A stretch of DNA of 64,000 bases from a virus: the IMG/VR virus record IMGVR_UViG_3300009506_000014, positions 1 through 64,000 of that record; one strand, written 5' to 3'. Of the stretch, positions 57,805-64,000 are shown piece by piece; the stretch's first letter is position 1, and every line of letters starts with the position of its first letter. The translations under genes and the position numbers were made by a program. The notes beneath the pieces are model-generated. The model ran no database searches and was not told where the DNA came from. It worked only from the letters and a program-made list of their open reading frames with translations.

Positions 57805-59409
57805 ATGGCAAAAAAGAAGAAAAAGGGTAAAGTCACGGCTAATACGGATGCCGAAGTTACTGTCATTAAGCCAGAGGATGTAGTAGCCAACAGTGTCCCG
57901 GCTGAAGTGCTTCAGGCAAGAGAAAGACGTATAGCATTCAATCAGATGATGGCAATGCAGTTGGCAGGAGTTACTGGCAATACGGCATTGATGAGCAGAC
58001 AAGCTTTACTGAGTGCATTGAATACAGAACGTGACTATAACTTCGAGTGCGGATATCCTGACGTATTAATGACAAAGCATTATACGGAAATGTTTGGGCG
58101 TGAAGGTATAGGCAAACGAGTTGTCACGGTTTATCCCGAAGAGTGCTGGTCACAACATCCTGAAATCAACGAGAATGAAGATGAAAGTGACGAGACAGAA
58201 TTCGAGAAGGCAGTAAAAGACCTTGTCAAAGATTTGAGACTTTGGGAATATTTGGAACGAATTGACATCTTGAGCGGTGTCGGTCGTTTTGGTGTCCTTT
58301 TGCTCGGTATTGATGACGGGATGCCACTTGATAAGCCACTTCCCGGTGTCAATGACATAACAGGTGAAATCACTCCGCAGGGTGAAAGAAAGCTCTTGTA
58401 TCTCAGGCCGTTTGATGAGGGTTGTGTACGTGTTGACAGGAAGGTGATTGATACTACGTCACCAAGGTTTGGGTATCCGATGATGTATGATATAACCTTC
58501 CGTGACTATGATACTGTTAGCGGTATTGTAGAGACACATCTGAAAGTTCACTGGTCACGAGTGATTCACATTGCGGATAACAAGGAAGTCTCTGAGATTT
58601 ACGGTGTCCCGCGTATGAAGCCTGTGTATAACAGACTTGTTGACGTTCGGAAGCTTCTTGCTGGCTCAGGTGAAATGTTCTGGAAGGGTGGATTTCCCGG
58701 TTATGCAATGGAGATAAACCCGGACATTCAAGACCCTGAAATAGATGTTGACTCTGTGAAAGAAGAGTTTCGGAATTATTCTGAGGGACTTCAGAGATAT
58801 CTGGCTATTGAGGGTGTGAGTGTCAAGAGCTTGCAACCACAGGTAGCAGACCCGGTTGGTCACTTTACCACACAGGTCAAGGCTATAGCAATGACAATCG
58901 GTGTCCCGTACAGAATCTTCATGGGTTCTGAGGAAGCCAAGCTTGCCAGTAGTGAGGATAAGTCAACATGGAATGAACGCAAGAAAAGACGGCGAGAGAA
59001 TTATTTGTCACCTTGCGTTGTCCGGGCGACACTTGATAGATTGCAGCAAATCGGCGTATTAAAGGAAGCCGAATATGAAGTCAATTGGCCTGACCCGGAG
59101 ACACCAAACGATGACGACATTGCCAGTGTTGCTCAAAAGGTGTCGGATGCCCTGAGCAAGTACACAGCAAACGATGTGGAGACAGTGATGCCACCACTGG
59201 AATTCTTCACTAAGGTTCTGAAGATGTCACAGGAAGAAGCTGAAGCGGTAGAGGAAGCCCGGCAGAAACATAATGAAGAGCTTGACCAAGAACGAGAGGA
59301 TGACTTGGCACAAAGAGAGCAGGATGTCTCTATTCGTGAAGAGACATCACGTAAGAACGAGTTGAAAAACAAGATGCAAGATAACAGTTGGACTAAGGAT
59401 GGGGAATGA
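57805..59409 (+). CDS. Portal protein (DUF1073-like)
   Basis: R…IGKRVV…P, SGVGRFG, VHWSRVIH, IGVPYRIFMG; between terL and minor head gene. Confidence 0.85.
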   Translation: MAKKKKKGKVTANTDAEVTVIKPEDVVANSVPAEVLQARERRIAFNQMMAMQLAGVTGNTALMSRQALLSALNTERDYNFECGYPDVLMTKHYTEMFGREGIGKRVVTVYPEECWSQHPEINENEDESDETEFEKAVKDLVKDLRLWEYLERIDILSGVGRFGVLLLGIDDGMPLDKPLPGVNDITGEITPQGERKLLYLRPFDEGCVRVDRKVIDTTSPRFGYPMMYDITFRDYDTVSGIVETHLKVHWSRVIHIADNKEVSEIYGVPRMKPVYNRLVDVRKLLAGSGEMFWKGGFPGYAMEINPDIQDPEIDVDSVKEEFRNYSEGLQRYLAIEGVSVKSLQPQVADPVGHFTTQVKAIAMTIGVPYRIFMGSEEAKLASSEDKSTWNERKKRRRENYLSPCVVRATLDRLQQIGVLKEAEYEVNWPDPETPNDDDIASVAQKVSDALSKYTANDVETVMPPLEFFTKVLKMSQEEAEAVEEARQKHNEELDQEREDDLAQREQDVSIREETSRKNELKNKMQDNSWTKDGE

Positions 59410-59412
59410 CAC

Positions 59413-60258
59413 ATGGCAAATTATGACCCGTCACGAACAGCAGGACTTCGCCGCAGGTTTGTAGGCCAGATGAACAAACGCTTCCAGAAAGTCAATCGGG
59501 AAATCAGGGAATTTCTTGTCAAGGATGATGCGTTTGGATTGACAGCCCCGGATAGTCCCTTGATTATCCAACAACAAGTCCCCTATCGTCAATACCAGTT
59601 CTTGACAAATCCGCAGAAAACGGCAGCATTCCGAAAGTGGCTACAGGATAGAATCAATGCCGGGATTCTAAGTGTTGACGTGAAGGGTAAGCCTTGGACA
59701 GCCGAATATATTGACTCTGCATACAGGAAGGGAATGACACGAGCATTTATTGACACACTTCCCCCGGCTAAAGCTGGCTCTTATGATTTTTTCATGGGTA
59801 GTAAAAAAGAGTTTTTGCGTCAAGCATTTATGCAACCGGAAATGCTGAGTAAAATTGAATTATTGTCAACACGTGCTTTTGAGAATCTTAAGGACATCAC
59901 TACTTCTATGTCGGCACAATTAAACAGGATTCTTAGCGATGGATTGTCACATGGTCATTCCCCGGAGAAGATAAGCAGGGCAATGGCTAAACAGATAGGC
60001 AAGCTGTCACGGACAAGAGCAAGAGTATTGGCCCGTACTGAGATTATTAATGCTCATGCTGAGGGACAGCTTGATGGATTTGAGAAATTAGGAATAAAGA
60101 AAACACAATTAAGAGCAGAGTGGTCAACGGCAGGGGATGACATTGTATGTCCTCAGTGTGGGGCTATGGAAGGTGAGACTTTCTCCATTGATAAGGCAAG
60201 GGGACTTATTCCTTTACATCCGAATTGTCGTTGTGCATGGATACCATATACAAAATAA
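59413..60258 (+). CDS. Minor head protein (SPP1 gp7/Mu gpF family)
   Basis: ARVLARTEI…CPQC…PLHPNCRC. Confidence 0.92.
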   Translation: MANYDPSRTAGLRRRFVGQMNKRFQKVNREIREFLVKDDAFGLTAPDSPLIIQQQVPYRQYQFLTNPQKTAAFRKWLQDRINAGILSVDVKGKPWTAEYIDSAYRKGMTRAFIDTLPPAKAGSYDFFMGSKKEFLRQAFMQPEMLSKIELLSTRAFENLKDITTSMSAQLNRILSDGLSHGHSPEKISRAMAKQIGKLSRTRARVLARTEIINAHAEGQLDGFEKLGIKKTQLRAEWSTAGDDIVCPQCGAMEGETFSIDKARGLIPLHPNCRCAWIPYTK

Positions 60259-60270
60259 AGAAAGGAAAGA

Positions 60271-60414
60271 ATGGTAATGGTAAGAGCAAGAGAACAAAAG
60301 CCAATTACAGTAAGCTGTCCCTTGGGCATTAAGCGTAAATGTCTCGGCAGCAGGAAATATAAACGATTTGTAAAGAATGCAATCTTGATAAGACCTAAAA
60401 GAAAGGCGGTGTGA
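60271..60414 (+). CDS. Small basic protein (47 aa, below ORF-track cutoff)
   Basis: AAGGA RBS; MVMVRAREQK…RPKRKAV. Confidence 0.4.
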   Translation: MVMVRAREQKPITVSCPLGIKRKCLGSRKYKRFVKNAILIRPKRKAV

Positions 60415-60415
60415 C

Positions 60416-60490
60416 ATGGGATGTGGTGGAAGTAAAGGTGGCGGTGGGCGTCGTAAAGGTGGTCGTCGCAAAGGTGGCAAGCGAAAATGA
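60416..60490 (+). CDS. 24-aa Gly/Arg/Lys peptide
   Basis: MGCGGSKGGGGRRKGGRRKGGKRK; AGGCGG upstream. Confidence 0.5.
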   Translation: MGCGGSKGGGGRRKGGRRKGGKRK

Positions 60491-60504
60491 GTATTTCTTA
60501 ATCG

Positions 60505-60567
60505 AACCTTGTCACGGATTGTTTGATTTCTAATTTGAAGGGGCAATTGCTGTGACAAGGTTTTTTA
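60505..60567 (+). terminator. Stem-loop with T-run
   Basis: aaccttgtcac pairs with gtgacaaggtt, then ttttt. Confidence 0.55.
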
Positions 60568-60579
60568 CAGAAAGGACAG

Positions 60580-60843
60580 ATGATGTCAAAGAAGAAAAAG
60601 AGCAATAGGAAACAATCCGATGATGTGTATGTTTATCTCAGAGCCAAAGGCTCAAATACTGTCATCAGCAAGAAAAAGGTGACAGGAATGAATCCCAAGC
60701 AGATTGAACATGCTATGGTTGACTTGATGAGAAATCAAACCGTAGAAGTGCCGAGCTACGTGGATGACACTGAGGCTTTTGAGCTTTTGGGAATGGGTGA
60801 CGTGAAGCGTAGGGAAGGGCCAAGAATTATATTACCGGGATAA
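60580..60843 (+). CDS. Hypothetical protein
   Basis: AAGGA RBS; resembles next ORF (YVDDTE/FVDDSE). Confidence 0.55.
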   Translation: MMSKKKKSNRKQSDDVYVYLRAKGSNTVISKKKVTGMNPKQIEHAMVDLMRNQTVEVPSYVDDTEAFELLGMGDVKRREGPRIILPG

Positions 60844-60846
60844 TGT

Positions 60847-61035
60847 ATGAAAATATATATAAGAAAATGTAGTGACAGGTCGATTGTTAATGAGATAGAT
60901 GTGACAAGTAAGACCGAATTACAGATTGAAATGTTGTTGCGTAATGCCTTAATGAATATTGACAGTACAGAGCAATTTGTTGATGATTCAGAGGTACATA
61001 AGAAAAAAATTGAGGAAAATAAAAATTTTTTTTAG
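60847..61035 (+). CDS. Hypothetical protein
   Basis: Paralog-like of the preceding ORF. Confidence 0.5.
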   Translation: MKIYIRKCSDRSIVNEIDVTSKTELQIEMLLRNALMNIDSTEQFVDDSEVHKKKIEENKNFF

Positions 61036-61248
61036 GTGACTATGTCTCGGCGTAAAATCAGCACAGAACAGCTTCATTATGCAGCTTCCTTGATTGTAAA
61101 GGCAATGGATGAAGGGCTTTACGGCGAAATTAAGTTTAAGTTTGAGGATGGAATAATTCAGCGTGGATGGTACACCGATGTGTCCATTCCCCCAAAGGTA
61201 ACAAAAAAAGTTGAAATTCCATTTGACATAGCGGATATTGTTCAATAA
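61036..61248 (+). CDS. Hypothetical protein
   Basis: YGEIKFKFEDG small-domain pattern. Confidence 0.5.
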   Translation: MTMSRRKISTEQLHYAASLIVKAMDEGLYGEIKFKFEDGIIQRGWYTDVSIPPKVTKKVEIPFDIADIVQ

Positions 61249-61272
61249 TATTCTATGCGTGAAGTATCTGGC

Positions 61273-61310
61273 AAAGGAGCTTCCCCGTTGGGCGGAAGTT
61301 CCTTTTTTAT
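61273..61310 (+). terminator. Rho-independent terminator-like hairpin
   Basis: aaaggagcttcc…ggaagttccttt followed by T-run. Confidence 0.6.
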
Positions 61311-61347
61311 TTCCCCCGAAAACTGTTCAGTGACAAAGGATTGGATT

Positions 61348-62916
61348 ATGAGCAAGAAATCTAAGAAATCAAAGATAGTGACTAATGAGGTTAATACCAA
61401 GAAAAAGGGTATCCCTCAACTCTTAGTCAGTAACCTTATGCCCACAGATGTAAGGCACGCCGAATTGGAAGGTCGTGACCATATTGTTGTCCCTATGATT
61501 ATGCTTGTTGAGGGTGTCCATGAGGGCAGTGGTGGCCCATTGCTTTATACCGCCAATGAAATGTCAAAGACTCCTATTTCATGGAATCATAAACCTATTG
61601 TTGTCTATCATCCACAGGCCAATGGGGAATTCATTTCAGCAGCAGACCCGGATATACTGTCACGCCGAAAGATAGGTGTTGTGCTTAATACTCGGTATGA
61701 AGAGACAGAGCATGGGCCGGGACTCAAAGCTGAAGCATGGCTTGAACCGGACAGGATAAAAATGATTGATGAGCGGATAGGGACAGCACTTGAAAATGGG
61801 CAGATGGTCGAATTGTCAACAGGTTTGTATGTTGATATTGAGCCAGTAGAAGGGGACTGGAAGGGTGAACATTACGATGCAGTCACTTCCAATCACAGAC
61901 CAGACCACTTGGCTATATTACCGGATGTCAAGGGTGCTTGCTCTATAGACGATGGGGCGGGACTTCTGAGGGTGAATGCTAAAAATAAGTCACTGCGTAT
62001 TGGCAGGCTTTGGGCTGATATGTATTTTGAAAAAATGCAAGCAGCCGGGATTGACACAGATAAACTTCATGCTCTTGAAATGTCACACGACAATATAAGG
62101 TCACTTATTCAGTCGGCCTTGTTTGAACGCAATGACATGTTCTGGATTGAAGAGGTTTATGATAACTTTGTCATTTATGAAGATGGTGGCAAGTTATTTA
62201 TGCTCGGCTATTCAGAAAAGGATGGACAGATTCAACTGGATGACATACCTGAAGAGGTCGTTCGTGTCATCGAGTATCGTACTACGGCAGGAACATACGT
62301 AGGTAATAAGTTAGAGACATTTATACGAAAGGAAATTAATATGGACAAGAAGCAGATTGTTGATGCTCTGATTTCCAACGAAAGTACCCAATGGACAGAA
62401 GACCACAGGGACTTTTTGATGGGACTTGATGAAGAGAAATTGAAACTCTTTAGTCCCGTTGCGAATGAAGAGCAAGATGCTGATGACTCTGCTACTGACA
62501 ATGCTGATGATAGTGCCGATAATTCCCAAGGGGATGACAAACAGGTGGAGAAACCGGCGGCTAATCAGCAAAAGACTGTCGAGCAGTTCATCAACAACGA
62601 TGTCCCGGCTGAATACAGGGACATGTTGAGGTCGGGACTACAAGCCCACAAAAACGCCAAGGCAACACTGATTACAAAGATTATGACTAATCAGAATAAC
62701 ACCTTCAGTAAGCAGCATCTTGAAATGAAGGATTTGGCGGAGTTGACGGCACTGGCGAAGCTGGCCGAAGTCCCGGAGCAGAGTCACACGGTTCAGAATC
62801 ACATACCGCTCTATATCGGACAGGGTGCAATTGCCAATGAGTCCGCATCTGGTGACGGTGTTGATGAAGAGCCGCTCGGCCTCCCTCAGATGAATTGGAG
62901 TCAACAGGATAACTAA
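61348..62916 (+). CDS. Prohead protease/scaffold (DUF2213-like)
   Basis: VVYHP, ELSTG, PDHLAILP…GACS motifs; acidic scaffold-like C-terminus; start reassigned to ATG 61348. Confidence 0.8.
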   Translation: MSKKSKKSKIVTNEVNTKKKGIPQLLVSNLMPTDVRHAELEGRDHIVVPMIMLVEGVHEGSGGPLLYTANEMSKTPISWNHKPIVVYHPQANGEFISAADPDILSRRKIGVVLNTRYEETEHGPGLKAEAWLEPDRIKMIDERIGTALENGQMVELSTGLYVDIEPVEGDWKGEHYDAVTSNHRPDHLAILPDVKGACSIDDGAGLLRVNAKNKSLRIGRLWADMYFEKMQAAGIDTDKLHALEMSHDNIRSLIQSALFERNDMFWIEEVYDNFVIYEDGGKLFMLGYSEKDGQIQLDDIPEEVVRVIEYRTTAGTYVGNKLETFIRKEINMDKKQIVDALISNESTQWTEDHRDFLMGLDEEKLKLFSPVANEEQDADDSATDNADDSADNSQGDDKQVEKPAANQQKTVEQFINNDVPAEYRDMLRSGLQAHKNAKATLITKIMTNQNNTFSKQHLEMKDLAELTALAKLAEVPEQSHTVQNHIPLYIGQGAIANESASGDGVDEEPLGLPQMNWSQQDN

Positions 62917-62986
62917 CCTGTAGATGATGAAGAGATAACTGTTTGTGACATAAAGATAAAAGTATAATTAACGAAAGGAAAAAATT

Positions 62987-63439
62987 ATGGCGAACCGAAT
63001 TCATTCCAAAGGTGATTGGAGACATGAGGAAGCCAGTGCTGGTGCAGCCGGTATCTATCCGGGAATGCTTGTCATGCTTAATAGTGCCGGGGCAGTTGTT
63101 GTGCATGACACCGAAGGCGGCAATGCTGAATGTGCTATTGTTATGGAAGATGCTCTTCAGGGCAAAACGGTGGATGACGTTTATACCAGTGGTGAGATTG
63201 TCTTCTATGGAATTCCTGTCACTGGGGCTGTCTTCAATGTATTGCTCGAAGCCGGGCAAACTGCTGTCATTGGCTCTAAGTTGATTAGTGCTGGTAATGG
63301 CAAGTTCAAAGTTGATACTGATGTTTCCAGTGGTGTCACAATTGGTGGCAGGGGACGTATGCTTGTCACTGAAGAGGCTTTGGACTTATCGGCATCGGGT
63401 TCTTCAGACACCCTTATCGCTGCACGAGTCATTGTGTAA
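62987..63439 (+). CDS. Head decoration/capsid accessory protein
   Basis: 150 aa Gly/Ala/Val-rich between protease and capsid genes. Confidence 0.65.
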   Translation: MANRIHSKGDWRHEEASAGAAGIYPGMLVMLNSAGAVVVHDTEGGNAECAIVMEDALQGKTVDDVYTSGEIVFYGIPVTGAVFNVLLEAGQTAVIGSKLISAGNGKFKVDTDVSSGVTIGGRGRMLVTEEALDLSASGSSDTLIAARVIV

Positions 63440-63524
63440 TTAGGCGATTGTTAAATTGAATGTCATTAGCTTCCTTTGCCAGATGCGAATGATAAAAATT
63501 TGAAATCAATGAAAGGGAATAAAA

Positions 63525-64000
63525 ATGGAACAAAGTTTTATACTCAATGGCATTGCCAACGGGACAGTCGCCCAAAAATTACTTGCGGTGAATGGTGACC
63601 CAAGAGCCTTGCGTCCATTTGTGGGCAGGGATGGGAGGTCACGCATCGACGTTAATATCGCTGGTAAGGAAAGAACGATTGTCACCAATGCCACAGCCAC
63701 GCTTCGCAAGGAAGATTGGATTCACCTTGACGAAATGATTGTCAAGGTAGCACGGGCAAGACTCAGGGCGGTTAGTGATATCGTGGGTGCTGGCTTGACA
63801 TATAACATGCCGAATGGCATGGCTCATACGGTTCTGCAAACTGAGCGTATGGGTGACATCAATGATGCTTCTATCAGCATGGATGGGCTGAGACAAGGCC
63901 CGGATGACAGGCCGGAATTCGATATTCAGAATTTACCGTTGCCTATCATCCATAAGGACTTTCAATTCAGCCTTCGGCAGATATTGGCGTCACGCAATGG
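63525..64000 (+). CDS. Major capsid protein, 5' part (encapsulin/linocin-like HK97 fold), truncated by window end
   Basis: MEQSFILNG…NATATLRKEDWIHLD…LPLPIIHKDFQFSLRQILASRN, open to 64000. Confidence 0.85.
   Translation, partial: MEQSFILNGIANGTVAQKLLAVNGDPRALRPFVGRDGRSRIDVNIAGKERTIVTNATATLRKEDWIHLDEMIVKVARARLRAVSDIVGAGLTYNMPNGMAHTVLQTERMGDINDASISMDGLRQGPDDRPEFDIQNLPLPIIHKDFQFSLRQILASRN

Noticed and set aside
57805-59409. Anti-CBASS Acb1 label sometimes attached to DUF1073 proteins
   Set aside because: Size and position between terL and the minor head gene indicate a portal, and no 2H-phosphoesterase domain is evident.
60416-60490. N-myristoylation motif MGCxxS
   Set aside because: Gene content and RBSs indicate a prokaryotic host, so the match is probably coincidental.
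24137-61912. Self-targets of array spacers (single 9-mer matches at 24137, 46257, 47452, 54072, 61904)
   Set aside because: Isolated 9-mers are expected by chance in 64 kb, and I saw no adjacent paired spacerA/spacerB match. An exhaustive search was not possible by eye.

Overview
The window is most of the genome of an AT-rich tailed dsDNA phage with siphovirus-type tail genes. It is circularly permuted, starting inside a Ser/Pro-repeat gene and ending inside the major capsid gene. The + strand at 1-19.6 kb carries tail terminator, tail tube, frameshifted tail chaperones, tape measure, a YuA/phiJL001-like tail-tip module and a nine-gene glycosyltransferase/methyltransferase/radical-SAM cluster. 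The - strand at 19.7-53.2 kb carries replication and recombination genes (split SbcCD, resolvase, 5'-3' exonuclease, RecA, SSB, clamp loader, split family-A polymerase, clamp, DnaB, initiator with iterons, primase, SNF2, sigma-like factor) and an early region with a MoxR-AAA/vWA module. The + strand at 53.5-64 kb carries terminase, portal, head maturation and capsid genes. The best candidate for an unusual system is at 19713-20732: a nuclease-less Nop/IS110-C-terminal-domain protein flanked on both sides by mini-arrays of 9-nt spacers between CC[A/T]...TG repeats. This looks like a TIGR-Tas (TasA-like) RNA-guided system, including an atypical three-spacer unit. Other notable signals are twin-arginine-like N-termini on the large terminase and three neighbours, a candidate virion-glycosylation system, a long early leader with a tRNA-like minihelix, and strong GTSAC enrichment with apparent GATC avoidance. 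All calls come from reading motifs by eye; no database searches were run.
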